A stretch of DNA of 64,000 nt from an uncultured Methanomicrobiales archaeon (GCA_963697895.1 OY969100.1:2016001-2080000), one strand, 5' to 3'; counted from the stretch's first letter, positions 1 to 9,837 are shown. A program made the numbers and translations. Notes: a model not told the origin generated them from the sequence alone.

Positions 1-336
1 AACCGCTCCGGTGACAAAGGCAATAAGAAGCCCCTGCGGGGCAGCGAGCGCCCCTCCAAAGAGCCCTGCGAGCCCAGCACCGGCAGCGAGCATCGCGACA
101 CCGGTTGCGATACCGGGTGCCTGGCCCATTGCAGCAGGTGCTCCTCCTACTGGGACGAACATCACACCGAATCCGATGAGAATTCCACCGATGGTAATCC
201 CAATCAATGCGATAAAAGAGAGCGGGATCATCACATACATGATTCCGAGGAGAATTACAAGGATCACGAGTGCAATGACGGATGCAACGGGATCCATGCC
301 TGCCCCGCCTGATGGTTTCGCTCCGACAGCGCTCAT
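1..336 (-). CDS. mtrD: H4MPT S-methyltransferase subunit D (5' part; runs off the window)
   Basis: ATG at 336 overlaps the mtrE stop (ATGA). Hydrophobic reading with FVPVGGAPAAMGQAPGIATGVAMLAAGAG, typical of MtrD. Confidence 0.9.
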   Translation of the reverse strand, partial: MSAVGAKPSGGAGMDPVASVIALVILVILLGIMYVMIPLSFIALIGITIGGILIGFGVMFVPVGGAPAAMGQAPGIATGVAMLAAGAGLAGLFGGALAAPQGLLIAFVTGAV

Positions 337-1235
337 GAAGACGCCTCCTCCGGCTTGGTGTACGGGCCGAAGTTCTTCCGAGCCCAGACCTCAATGTACC
401 GGTCGATGATCATGAATATCAGAATGAGAATAATTCCAACAATGATTGCTCCCCATCCGGCACCGGTACTTTCGAAGATGACCGATCGCCAGAGTTCCAG
501 GAAGACGATGAGACCGAAGCAGACTCCGGATGCAGGTCCACCCAGCTTAGCGCTGAACCAACCGTTGTCAAGTGAATTTCTCTCGCCAGCTTCTGCATAT
601 CGTACGATGTTTCCTGATGCGGAGATTGGTACGCCTGCTCCGAAATTCTGCGTCTGGTACTGACGCTCCTTCCCATAGAAGGGGTTTCCGACCGCAGAAC
701 CAGCTGCACCGAGTGCAATACCCCATACAAGACCAAGCAGGGGCAGCGGGAACGGATGTCCCAATGCAGCGTTCATCAGGTAACAGAGTGTTACCGTTGT
801 AAATATCGCCACGAATGCATGTGCCATCGTGACGGTCGTCATGGACTTGAGAATATCGACGAACACTGGTTGTCCGAACTTGGCGAGACTCGCTGTCCTC
901 CCGAGATATGCGGTTGTCGCGTAGACACCTTGTACAAAGGTGGCAAGCGCACATCCGAGGGCGATAGCAAGGATCGCGTTAATCTGCATTGCCATGAATG
1001 CCCAAGCAATTCCCGCCCCGAGTGCGATCCAGAGACCCCACGCCGGCGGTTCACCTGCAATTGCCTTATTGAAAATGCGGTGAACATAGCCCATCTGCGG
1101 AGCGAGCTGAACCTGCGAATTCGGGTCTCCCTGAGATCCGATATCTGATTCAACATCTTCCGCAGCACCGGCTACCGTGGCAAGAGCACCTGCCAATGCA
1201 GTAATTCCAATGCCAAATACAATGTTTTCCACCAT
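333..1235 (-). CDS. mtrE: H4MPT S-methyltransferase subunit E
   Basis: AAEDVESDIGSQGDPNSQVQLAPQMG and NKAIAGEPP motifs; GGAGG RBS. Confidence 0.97.
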   Translation of the reverse strand: MVENIVFGIGITALAGALATVAGAAEDVESDIGSQGDPNSQVQLAPQMGYVHRIFNKAIAGEPPAWGLWIALGAGIAWAFMAMQINAILAIALGCALATFVQGVYATTAYLGRTASLAKFGQPVFVDILKSMTTVTMAHAFVAIFTTVTLCYLMNAALGHPFPLPLLGLVWGIALGAAGSAVGNPFYGKERQYQTQNFGAGVPISASGNIVRYAEAGERNSLDNGWFSAKLGGPASGVCFGLIVFLELWRSVIFESTGAGWGAIIVGIILILIFMIIDRYIEVWARKNFGPYTKPEEASS

Positions 1236-1340
1236 TTAGCCTCCTCCCTGCGTGCTGAATTGTGCACGAGAGTGTTCATATTGCAGTGCCACTCACATCG
1301 AGTACAAACCCTTTGTGGTCTTGTAACAGTTGATTATAAA

Positions 1341-1357
1341 CGAGTTAAAGGTTTCGA
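1341..1357 (-). promoter_or_regulatory. Probable BRE/TATA promoter of the mtr operon
   Basis: Minus strand reads CGAAAC-CTTTAACT about 110 nt upstream of the mtrE ATG. Confidence 0.5.
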
Positions 1358-1523
1358 AAAGATTTGTTTATAACGCTTTTTAATATGCGCAAATCATAAA
1401 AACGACGTTTTTACGCCGTTTTTCTTGACAGATAACATTTCGTTAAAGCAAAAAAAATTGTCCTCTTGGATTCTCCAGTTTTACTTTTCTTTGACGAAAA
1501 AAAAACTATCAGATTGAGGGATG

Positions 1524-2411
1524 TCACGCAGTGACACCCAGAAACATCCGGATACTAACACCGATAAGGAAGGATACTGCCGCAATACCGAGACTTAATC
1601 CTGCCATCTCCGTGAACCGCTTCCGGAAATTGAGATCCTGTGCCACAGACATGTACCAGGTGAAAAGAACGATAATGATCACCGCTCCGACAAGAGTGAC
1701 GGGCAGTGCCACAAAAGGACTTTGAAAGATGAGAAACGGTGCGATAAGCGCAATGACAGTCACGAAATATGCAATTCCCGTATAAAGTGATGCGGTAAAA
1801 GGATTGTTTCTTGTCCCTTCAGATTTTCGGGACAGATATTCAGCTGCTGCCATGGAGAGTGATGCGGCAACGCCCATAATCAGTCCAACTACTGCGATGA
1901 GGCGCGAATCCTGCAGTGCAAAGGTTAAACCTGCGAGGGTGCCGGTGAATTCGACTAGAGCATCGTTGAACCCGAGGACTACCGATCCGATATAACGGAG
2001 TTTTTGTTCATCAATCAAAGCAATAATCTGCTCTTCGTGATGCTGTTCCCGGGCACGGATCTGTTCTGCTTCCGGAAGGGTGGCTGCCAGAACCCCGTAC
2101 ATCTTCGTTGCCTCCCCCCCGGCCCGCTCCATCAGTTTAATGCCAAAGGTAAGGCCTAAGATCCGCGTGAGGAGATAATAAAACCAGAATTTAAAAGTGT
2201 CTGGCGGAATGGTCTCTCCTGTATAGTGTTGCCAGATATCGGCATGTTCCCGTTCTTCCTGTGCCAGCTGAATGAGAATATTGTGATTATACGGATCTTT
2301 TACCACAGACGAAAGTGCAAGATAGATATTATACTCTGTTATCTCTTCCCGTTGAAGATTTCTGACCAATATTAGCAGATCACTGTTCAGGGGAGCATCT
2401 GGCATGGGCAT
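1524..2411 (-). CDS. Rubrerythrin-like/VIT1-CCC1 iron exporter (MbfA-like)
   Basis: N-terminal ferritin-like domain (EEREH, EQHH) plus VIT1 membrane domain (VLGFNDALVE, ASLSMAAAEYLS). Confidence 0.85.
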   Translation of the reverse strand: MPMPDAPLNSDLLILVRNLQREEITEYNIYLALSSVVKDPYNHNILIQLAQEEREHADIWQHYTGETIPPDTFKFWFYYLLTRILGLTFGIKLMERAGGEATKMYGVLAATLPEAEQIRAREQHHEEQIIALIDEQKLRYIGSVVLGFNDALVEFTGTLAGLTFALQDSRLIAVVGLIMGVAASLSMAAAEYLSRKSEGTRNNPFTASLYTGIAYFVTVIALIAPFLIFQSPFVALPVTLVGAVIIIVLFTWYMSVAQDLNFRKRFTEMAGLSLGIAAVSFLIGVSIRMFLGVTA

Positions 2412-2538
2412 TCGGATTCTCTGTCGGTTATACGGATCCTTAATGATTATTATATGTTACGTGGGATAATGCAGATGTACACCAAAAAAATGGGGCGATT
2501 TAAGACCTTAATAATGATCATTGACGATAAATTTTGTA

Positions 2539-2561
2539 GGGTATAGTACCATTTTAGCCAC
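2539..2561. repeat. Left terminal inverted repeat of the IS
   Basis: GGGTATAGTACCATTTTAGCCAC, matching the reverse complement of 3369-3391. Confidence 0.88.
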
Positions 2562-2587
2562 CACCTCGTAACTACTACGAGGTAACA

Positions 2588-3376
2588 ATGGTCAGGATCC
2601 AATGCCCACGATGCCAATGCGAAAAGCTGTATAAATTGGGTAGTGGTAAGAGAAGATGTTCTCAATGCCGGTACGACTTTAAACCTCATAGATTGCCGCT
2701 ATACCTCACTCGCGAACAATGGAAAGAGATCATCACCTGGTTCCTCCTCGAACAGAGCAGCCAGAGCATAGCTGATAGAACTGGGATTGAACGTAAAAGG
2801 GTTCTCAGGGCTCTAAGCGTGATACGAAGCGCTCTGATGAAGGATGTCCCGGAAATCTTTTCTGGAACGGTTGAAGTTGATGAAACATACCTGGGAGGGC
2901 AGTGGAAAAATAAACGTAAATTCATCCGAGATCACGGGAGCAAGCGAGGAAGAGGAACAACGAAACAACCTATCTTCGGAATTCTTTGTAGAAATGGATT
3001 GGTTTGGGCAGAGATTGTCAATAATGTCGAAGCTGAGACCCTCCTGCCGCTAATTTCCAGCAAGGTGAAGAAGGGATCGATTGTTTGTTCAGATACGTGG
3101 AGAGCATATACAGGAATCGCATCGCGAGGATTTGTTCATCGGCTTGTAAATCATGGAGAACGGCAATATAGTGATGGAAGGGGTAGTCACATCAATGGGT
3201 TAGAGGGATTCTGGGGTTATCTTAAACGTAAGTTGGCGGCCAAAGGAGGAATCAGGAGGGAAAAATTATACCTATATTTAGGTGAATATGTCTGGAGATA
3301 TAATCATAGAAAATATACCGATAAAATGAAATTGAAGCGCATACTTGAACTATTAGAGGAAGAGGTTAGTGGCTAG
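2588..3376 (+). CDS. IS1595-family DDE transposase
   Basis: N-terminal Zn ribbon (CPRC...CSQC), VEVDETY, SDTWRAY, HINGLEGFW and YLGEYVWRYN motifs. Confidence 0.93.
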   Translation: MVRIQCPRCQCEKLYKLGSGKRRCSQCRYDFKPHRLPLYLTREQWKEIITWFLLEQSSQSIADRTGIERKRVLRALSVIRSALMKDVPEIFSGTVEVDETYLGGQWKNKRKFIRDHGSKRGRGTTKQPIFGILCRNGLVWAEIVNNVEAETLLPLISSKVKKGSIVCSDTWRAYTGIASRGFVHRLVNHGERQYSDGRGSHINGLEGFWGYLKRKLAAKGGIRREKLYLYLGEYVWRYNHRKYTDKMKLKRILELLEEEVSG

Positions 3377-3391
3377 TTTGTCACTATACCC
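3369..3391. repeat. Right terminal inverted repeat of the IS
   Basis: GTGGCTAGTTTGTCACTATACCC; contains the transposase TAG stop. Confidence 0.88.
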
Positions 3392-3459
3392 ATTTTGTAT
3401 TTCATCTAATTTCCAACTACCCAGGGAATGGAAGTCCGTTTATCGCCGTACGCCGGGTA

Positions 3460-4677
3460 TTAACCAAAGTCACGATGTACAGGGGGAAGAAGTTGCTGAA
3501 CATATTCCGAGACCCAGCGGAGAGGCAGGTGGAGTTCGGTTGCGATGCGCTTGAGATCATCGTATTCAGGTTTTACACTGATGATCTTTCCTTCCAGCGT
3601 GGAAGTCTTTACCCGAATATTATACCTGCGGCCACCCACCTGAACCGTTACGGTTGTCTTAGAACGGTCCGCGACCACCCGGGGAATATCCATCACCCGG
3701 ACACCAAGAGTTCCGGTCTCTTCCATGAGGATTGTCAGGAGTACGGGGTATTTTATCCGGTCTGTAATGATATGGAGTATCTGAACGGGACGATTCTTTT
3801 TCCCGTTTGCCTGGGTGACATAGGCATCGACTGCCCCCGCTTCACGGAGTAGCTCAAGAGTATAACCAATCGTCTCTCCATTGATATCATCAAGATTCGT
3901 CTCCAGCATGATGATATGATCCGGGATTACATGCATATTGGTACCTTCCACAACCCGGAGAACCGCCGGTCTCCCCTGAACCTGTCCTGAACCAGCACCA
4001 TAGCCGACCCGGGCCGGAGTCAACGGCGGATAGACATCAACCCACCTGTCTGCAATATTGGCAAGGACAGCGATACCGGTTGGAGTAGTCAGTTCATCGT
4101 CAGAAGGAAGGGTCGCGAATGGGACGTGATGCCGGGAAAGGAGTTCCAGAGTTACTGGTGCCGGGCCGGGAATTTCACCGGTCATGATCCGTGTTAGTCC
4201 GGACCCCAGTGCGGGAGGAGTGGCGAAGATCTCTCCCTGAAGTAGGCCCGCCTTATCGAGGAGAAGGAGGGAACCAATGATATGGAAGAGGATATCCACC
4301 GATCCGGTTTCGTGATTATATCCGTCGGGATGGACTTTTCCAGCGGCACCTATCAGGTCATCGAGCACTTCCCCCGCAAACTTGCCTGCCTGGGGAGAAA
4401 GTCCGAGGTCACAGTTCAGATCAGCAGCCGTACTTTTGAGATCCCCCGAAATTCGATTATTCTGTTTCTCGCCGGAGACGGCAATTTTTTTGGCCATTAT
4501 TCCCCCTGCGTCGACCTCTCGAAGTTCGAACGAGAATTTGCCGGAGCGAACTGAACCATCGAGTAGATCCGCCAGCTGCTGCAAGAGGTCCGTGGAACCG
4601 GTAAGGTCCGCGAGGGCTGCCAGGAACATATCACCGGTTATCCCGGCGATTTTCGGGTCAATTACCAGGATGTTCAT
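3460..4677 (-). CDS. larC: LarC-family nickel insertion protein (divergent)
   Basis: AGITGDMFLAAL, PAPVTLELL, ELTTPTGIA, GYGAG, LETNLDD, ETGTLGVR and KPEYDD motifs; no His-rich insert. Confidence 0.8.
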   Translation of the reverse strand: MNILVIDPKIAGITGDMFLAALADLTGSTDLLQQLADLLDGSVRSGKFSFELREVDAGGIMAKKIAVSGEKQNNRISGDLKSTAADLNCDLGLSPQAGKFAGEVLDDLIGAAGKVHPDGYNHETGSVDILFHIIGSLLLLDKAGLLQGEIFATPPALGSGLTRIMTGEIPGPAPVTLELLSRHHVPFATLPSDDELTTPTGIAVLANIADRWVDVYPPLTPARVGYGAGSGQVQGRPAVLRVVEGTNMHVIPDHIIMLETNLDDINGETIGYTLELLREAGAVDAYVTQANGKKNRPVQILHIITDRIKYPVLLTILMEETGTLGVRVMDIPRVVADRSKTTVTVQVGGRRYNIRVKTSTLEGKIISVKPEYDDLKRIATELHLPLRWVSEYVQQLLPPVHRDFG

Positions 4678-4692
4678 AAAGGTAAGATGATT

Positions 4693-5388
4693 TTAAGCAC
4701 CGGACGATCTACTGAGGCGTGTGTAGATCTTCTGTGCAAGTCGAGCAACATCGAATGCACGTTCACGGCCCCCGGGAATTGCCTTAGTGAGGTATGCACC
4801 TGTCTCTGCGCCCTTTGCTGCAGCTTTCTCATCCATGCCAAGCAGGGTGGCGACCGCTGCAGGTACGGTGATATTGATGATAGTATGACCAATATATTGC
4901 AGTTCCTGCGTAAGTACCGCCCCGACAAAGAGTGCTGTGCCCATATCCGGGTTATCACGTCCTTTTCCTTCGATAACAAATTCTGGTACCGCTTTGGCAG
5001 AAAGATTATCAATATGATACGGTTTTCCGTCGATCGTGATATCATATGCGACGTATGAATCAAATGCCCAGTACTTTTTCGTAAAGGAATCGGTGCGTCG
5101 TCCCTGCGGCCTGATTTCAGTAAACTTAAGGGCAATTTTCCGTCCGGTAAATCCAGAAAGGACCACAGAGCCTCTGGTCTCGACAAAGGCTTTCCGTTCC
5201 TCATCAAGTGTCTTCGCCGTCTCTTCAACCGATTTTCCGGCCTTTATCATCTCATAAGCCGTTACTGCCCGGCGATAGATTGCCCGATCCCGTACATCTT
5301 CGCTTGCGAGAATGCAGGCCTGCGTAACCGAACCACGGGAAACCATCTCGGCCTTTCGTGCGATGGTATTGAGGGAACACAATGCCAT
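4693..5388 (-). CDS. C-terminal part of an uncharacterised protein (probably a frameshifted continuation of 5396-6535)
   Basis: Protein-like 231-aa ORF with no RBS; its frame stays open upstream (NSFIDPE) into the end of the preceding ORF. Confidence 0.65.
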   Translation of the reverse strand: MALCSLNTIARKAEMVSRGSVTQACILASEDVRDRAIYRRAVTAYEMIKAGKSVEETAKTLDEERKAFVETRGSVVLSGFTGRKIALKFTEIRPQGRRTDSFTKKYWAFDSYVAYDITIDGKPYHIDNLSAKAVPEFVIEGKGRDNPDMGTALFVGAVLTQELQYIGHTIINITVPAAVATLLGMDEKAAAKGAETGAYLTKAIPGGRERAFDVARLAQKIYTRLSRSSGA

Positions 5389-5395
5389 CTCGGGA

Positions 5396-6535
5396 TCAAT
5401 GAAAGAATTTCAGCTTATACTCGCGAATGGCATCAGCAACCGGGTAGAGATCGCCCCTGTTTTTTATAAGCAACCGTATCGCGGGCATGGTATCTCCGCA
5501 GACATGACCGAGTGGAGGGTTGACCGGCCCCCCAGAGAATCCTGCCCCGATGATCGCGGATTCTTCAAATCCCGCAAAGATTTCTTCGAGCGCCATGGAA
5601 GCAATGACTGAAGGACCGCCGATGTCCTTCAGGATGAGGCCGAAGTCACCGACGACCCGTGCGGTATCATACTCCTCGTGGGTACCCCTGACGTGAATTT
5701 TTACGGGAAGCCCTGCTGCCTCTATGGCACCTTTTCCAGCCAGATATGCAGTATCAACTTCTCCAAAAGCACCGAATTCCTCACCGAGCGCTGCATCCGG
5801 GTGAACCATCTCAAGGGATACCGCTGCACCGATAAGGGCAGGCCAGAGGGGGTATGCCGTGATTCCTGCACCATGCATACTCCTGATCATTGCATCGGTT
5901 CCCACTTTTGCGGCATTTCGGGCGAGCTCGGGGATATTATAGTCCTCTCCCAGTGCGCTGTGGCCATAAATTGCTCCACCGGCAATGAACGGCGGAAGCA
6001 CGGAACCATCGACCCGGGTCAGTTTTTTGTCCATTAACTCGGTATAGACCGCGAGATATGCCGGAAATGCCGGTATTTTATGAGTGAACTTCCCGGTTGT
6101 CAGGGCGATGGCACTCGTCCGGGGTGCACCGGCATGCATGCGGGCAATCGCTCCCAGCTTTCTATTCCCGAGCGGTACACCCGATCGGGCACAGCTTCCG
6201 GTAAAATACGCCAGAGAAGCCACGATCAGGGCTGCATTTTCCGGGGCCGCCCCTGCATTCATGCTCTGCCGGATCGCCTTTTCCATCACCATATCGAGCG
6301 GCAGGCTTGCGGCTGCAGCATCGACCAGGGTCATCCGAGATAAAAGTTCCATATCGGGCGACGCGAAGCCACAGAATACATCCTCAGCGAGCGAGTTTGC
6401 CGCACAATAGACAGGGATCACGAGGGAACCGTGTCCGCGTGTGGCGGCCTCCAGCTTATCATTCGTCATGTAGTCAGGTTTGAAGGTCGCTGCAGCATGG
6501 GTTGCAAGTATTATCTTTTCCCGTTCGTTTTCCAT
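5396..6535 (-). CDS. N-terminal part of an uncharacterised protein
   Basis: 379-aa Ala/Gly-rich globular ORF with motif-like YGHSALGED, EMVHPDA and FSGGPVNPPLGH; family not recognised. Confidence 0.75.
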   Translation of the reverse strand: MENEREKIILATHAAATFKPDYMTNDKLEAATRGHGSLVIPVYCAANSLAEDVFCGFASPDMELLSRMTLVDAAAASLPLDMVMEKAIRQSMNAGAAPENAALIVASLAYFTGSCARSGVPLGNRKLGAIARMHAGAPRTSAIALTTGKFTHKIPAFPAYLAVYTELMDKKLTRVDGSVLPPFIAGGAIYGHSALGEDYNIPELARNAAKVGTDAMIRSMHGAGITAYPLWPALIGAAVSLEMVHPDAALGEEFGAFGEVDTAYLAGKGAIEAAGLPVKIHVRGTHEEYDTARVVGDFGLILKDIGGPSVIASMALEEIFAGFEESAIIGAGFSGGPVNPPLGHVCGDTMPAIRLLIKNRGDLYPVADAIREYKLKFFH

Positions 6536-6829
6536 AATCCGTCACACCGGTTCTTTTATCCGTGGTTAGTTGGTTCTGTATCAGATAAAATATGGGGTCC
6601 GGAGAAATGTTCCAACAAAATGGTCAGGGAAACTGCATCAGAGCTGTATTCCCTGATTTAGATTTTCCTGGCGAAGCCGTCCCGATTGGGGCCTGAAGTA
6701 ATGAAAACCCATACTGGTCAGGTCATACTTCCGGAATTCGAAGACTCCTCAATGCTCACCAGACCCTCTGCTCGCATCGGAAGTCATTCATAGAAGAGGG
6801 TCGTAATATTCAGTTAAGGGGGAATTGCT

Positions 6830-7255
6830 GTGCAGGAAGAAGGAGACCATCTGGAAATAGTGCGGCCCCGGGGCAGGCCGCGTGTACGCCGGAAGATTGA
6901 ACCGGAAGGTCCGGTCCGCTGCTACGCCCCCCAGTGTAATGTTCGGGGAAAGGAGGAAGTGGTGGTGCTCCTTCCCGAAGAGCTCGAACTCCTGAAACTG
7001 GTCGATCTTCAGGGGCTCGAGCAGGAGGAAGCAGCAACATCCATCGGGGTTTCACGGCGTACTGTCTGGCGGGATCTGCACGAAGCCCGCCGAAAAGTGG
7101 CAGACGCCCTGGTCCATGGAAAAGAGATCGAAATCTCAGGGTGTACTCTGAGATCAGAGGGCCGGTGTCCCCGGTTGGCTGATGGCCTCTGCCCGAAAGA
7201 AGAGGGCGTTACCTGCCCTAAACGCTGGCAGCGAGGCAATCAATCCAGAGACTGA
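6830..7255 (+). CDS. DUF134 (UPF0251) predicted DNA-binding HTH protein with Cys-rich tail
   Basis: RPRGRPRVRRKI...EELELLKLVDLQGLEQEEAA...GVSRRT...ARRKVADALVHGKEIEI, then four C-terminal Cys. Confidence 0.88.
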   Translation: MQEEGDHLEIVRPRGRPRVRRKIEPEGPVRCYAPQCNVRGKEEVVVLLPEELELLKLVDLQGLEQEEAATSIGVSRRTVWRDLHEARRKVADALVHGKEIEISGCTLRSEGRCPRLADGLCPKEEGVTCPKRWQRGNQSRD

Positions 7256-7334
7256 TCAATCCCATCCGATAGCTCTTCCACCGCATTTCTTTTCCGTGAA
7301 TCGTTTGAAGCGCACGATCTGACTTTGCACTAAC

Positions 7335-7360
7335 TTTAAATATTTATCCTCATAAGTGTA
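7335..7360 (+). promoter_or_regulatory. TATA box followed by a degenerate copy of the 14-bp palindromic site
   Basis: TTTAAATA at 7335-7342, then TCCTCATAAGTGTA at 7347-7360 (11/14 to TACTCATATGTGCA), with spacing like the other two copies. Confidence 0.5.
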
Positions 7361-7389
7361 ATTATCCCTGAGTATATCGAGGACTTTTC

Positions 7390-7530
7390 ATGCCGAACTA
7401 TGACGGATTCGAAGCCCTGGTACAGGGGTGTGCGATCGGACAGGAATGGGGCTGCAGACAGTCATGCAGGGGATTTTGCCCGCCTGCACACCATGAAAAG
7501 GAAAACCAGCTCCGGAAAGGCAGTCTATAG
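7390..7530 (+). pseudogene. Small ORF, probably a degenerate DUF5320 paralog (46 codons)
   Basis: Starts MPNYDG after GAGGA; a shifted frame reads PGTGVCDRTGMGL. Both resemble the DUF5320 N-terminus (MPG.DGTGP.G.G..TGRG.G.C). Confidence 0.45.
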
Positions 7531-7560
7531 GGTAATTACACCCACGGGAGCGATGAAGGA

Positions 7561-9189
7561 ATGACTTCACCACTGATAACTATTAAAAACCTTTGCATAG
7601 AGTTCGACGGAAAGAACGTCCTCAAAAACCTGTCCTTTGAGATCCTGGAAGGAGAGATCGTCGGGATCATCGGCAGGAGCGGTGCGGGTAAGAGCGTGCT
7701 CATGCATCTGCTGCGGGGTGTTGAGCAGCCCCCGAGTGCGGGTTCCATCGTCTATCATGTCGCCCTGTGCGACACCTGTTACTATACGGATGTGCAGAGC
7801 AGGACGGGGGGGAAATGTCCGCAATGTGAAGGCAAGCTCGTTGGAAAGGATGTGGACCTCTGGAACGAGAAGAGCGACCTCCTGAGATCAAGGGTTATGC
7901 ACCGGACCGCCATCATGTTCCAGCGGACATTCGCGCTCTATGGAAACGACCGGGTGATCGAAAACGTCCTGCACGCCCTTGATGATGTCGGATATCCTCC
8001 CGAGAACGCGATCAACCGGGCGGCAGACCTCCTCGAACAGGTTCGTCTGGGCCACCGGATGATGCATATCGCCCGGGACCTGTCTGGGGGTGAAAAACAG
8101 CGTGTGGTGCTGGCCCGCCAGCTGGCAAAAAACCCCGTCATCCTCTTCGCCGATGAACCGACGGGTACCCTGGATCCGAGAACCGCACGACTGGTTCATG
8201 AGATGCTGGTCGAGGCCTCACAAAACAATCAGATGGGCATGGTGATCACCTCCCACTTCTCCGGTGTGATCGAGGATGTCGCCCATCGTGCATTGCTCCT
8301 TGATAACGGGGAGATCTCGATGGAGGGGCCTCCCCAGGAGGTCATATCTTCTTTCCTGGCTCAGCTCCAGGATGGTGAAATTATTGACCGGTGTGCCCTG
8401 GGTGAACGGATCCTGTCGGCACGGGATGTGGCAAAGAAGTATATAACAGTGGATCGCGGGGTAGTCAAGGCGGTCAACGGTGTCAGCTTCGAGGTTGCTG
8501 AACACGAGATATTTGGTATTATCGGGACGAGCGGTGCCGGCAAAACCACGCTCTCCCGGATGATTGCAGGGATTATCGAACCGACAACCGGAGAGTTGAA
8601 TATGCGGATCGGGGAAGACTGGGTGGATATGACCACGCCGGGGATCAATTCCCGCGGGCGGGCGAAGGGATACATCGGCCTCCTCCACCAGGAATATGAC
8701 CTCTTTCCCCACCGTACGGTCCTCGATAACCTGACGGATGCTATCGGGCTCGAGTTTCCAAAGGAGCTCGCGATGCACAAGGCGAAGATCAGTCTGCGGA
8801 TGGCAGGGTTCCCGGATCTCTTCCTCGACGGGATTCTTCAGCGTTTCCCATCGGAACTCTCCGAAGGGGAACGGCACCGGGTGGCCCTCGCCCAGGTGCT
8901 GATCAGGGAACCACGGCTGGTAATCCTCGACGAACCGACTGGTACGATGGATCCGATCACCAAGGTCGATGTGAAACAGTCCATCCTTCATGCACGCCAT
9001 GAAATGGAGGAGACATTCATCGTGGTCTCCCACGACATCGACTTTGTCCGGGACATCTGCGACCGCGTTGCACTCATGCGGGGAGGAAAGATCATCCATA
9101 TCGGGCCGACCATGGAGGTACTCGACATTCTTACCCGTGAAGAGCGTGAAATGATGGCCGAACGTACGGCATCTGTCACGGAGACCTGA
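7561..9189 (+). CDS. atwA: Methyl-coenzyme M reductase system component A2 (double ABC ATPase)
   Basis: Two Walker A motifs (GRSGAGKS, GTSGAGKT), CDTC...CPQC Zn insert, AIMFQRTFALY, HRMMHIARDLSGGEKQR. Confidence 0.95.
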   Translation: MTSPLITIKNLCIEFDGKNVLKNLSFEILEGEIVGIIGRSGAGKSVLMHLLRGVEQPPSAGSIVYHVALCDTCYYTDVQSRTGGKCPQCEGKLVGKDVDLWNEKSDLLRSRVMHRTAIMFQRTFALYGNDRVIENVLHALDDVGYPPENAINRAADLLEQVRLGHRMMHIARDLSGGEKQRVVLARQLAKNPVILFADEPTGTLDPRTARLVHEMLVEASQNNQMGMVITSHFSGVIEDVAHRALLLDNGEISMEGPPQEVISSFLAQLQDGEIIDRCALGERILSARDVAKKYITVDRGVVKAVNGVSFEVAEHEIFGIIGTSGAGKTTLSRMIAGIIEPTTGELNMRIGEDWVDMTTPGINSRGRAKGYIGLLHQEYDLFPHRTVLDNLTDAIGLEFPKELAMHKAKISLRMAGFPDLFLDGILQRFPSELSEGERHRVALAQVLIREPRLVILDEPTGTMDPITKVDVKQSILHARHEMEETFIVVSHDIDFVRDICDRVALMRGGKIIHIGPTMEVLDILTREEREMMAERTASVTET

Positions 9190-9837
9190 TCGCCATGCGG
9201 GATGCACGCACCCTCACGATTCACGACCCCGGATCTGCACTCAATGGACTCTATCCCCGGTAACATTGTAAGTCCCTGAACTCCTTGCCCGGTTTAGGGA
9301 AGAGCGGGAGGAAAAACGCAATGTGTTACGGTGAAGGATATCAGAACCGGTTTCATACCGGGCGGAAAGATCCTTCCCTGAATCCGGATCCCTCCCGACT
9401 CGCAATCGGACCGTTCCTGATTTATCCATATTTGGGTCAGGAGGAGCGGATGAAGGATTGTGCCATCCGACAGGTGTCGGTTTGCGTTACCCTTTCCGGA
9501 GAAGAGAATATAAGGGGTGAACGACCAGGGGACACGGCGTCCGGTGTGGTGAATGTCACCACAAGGGCACCAGCGTGTCAGAAACTGTTCATTTCCCTGA
9601 GTTTACCGGGCCAAGAGGGAGATATCTTTGATTGAAATATTGCCCCTGCTCAAAAGCTTTTTATTATGAAATTTTGCGGATCCCCCAACGAACTGCTGGA
9701 TCTGACATACATCGGGGGTATACATCCGAGCCTGTCCCTCAGTAGGACGTAATAGGGATAAGGTTTATGAGGGGCATACGACCCTGCACCGGGCTCGATG
9801 CCGGATTTTCAAATGCGCTGCAGGGGGTAATTCCACA

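Larger units (their letters stand above)
2539..3391 (+). mobile_element. IS1595-family (ISXO2-like) insertion sequence, 853 bp, apparently intact
   Basis: 23-bp terminal inverted repeats (18/23 identical, GGGTATAGT...TAGCCAC). Perfect 8-bp duplication ATTTTGTA at 2531-2538 and 3392-3399. One transposase; more AT-rich than the flanks. Confidence 0.93.

Noticed and set aside
1398-1412. Palindrome AAAAACG-A-CGTTTTT upstream of mtrE
   Set aside because: Single low-complexity occurrence; cannot be supported as an operator.
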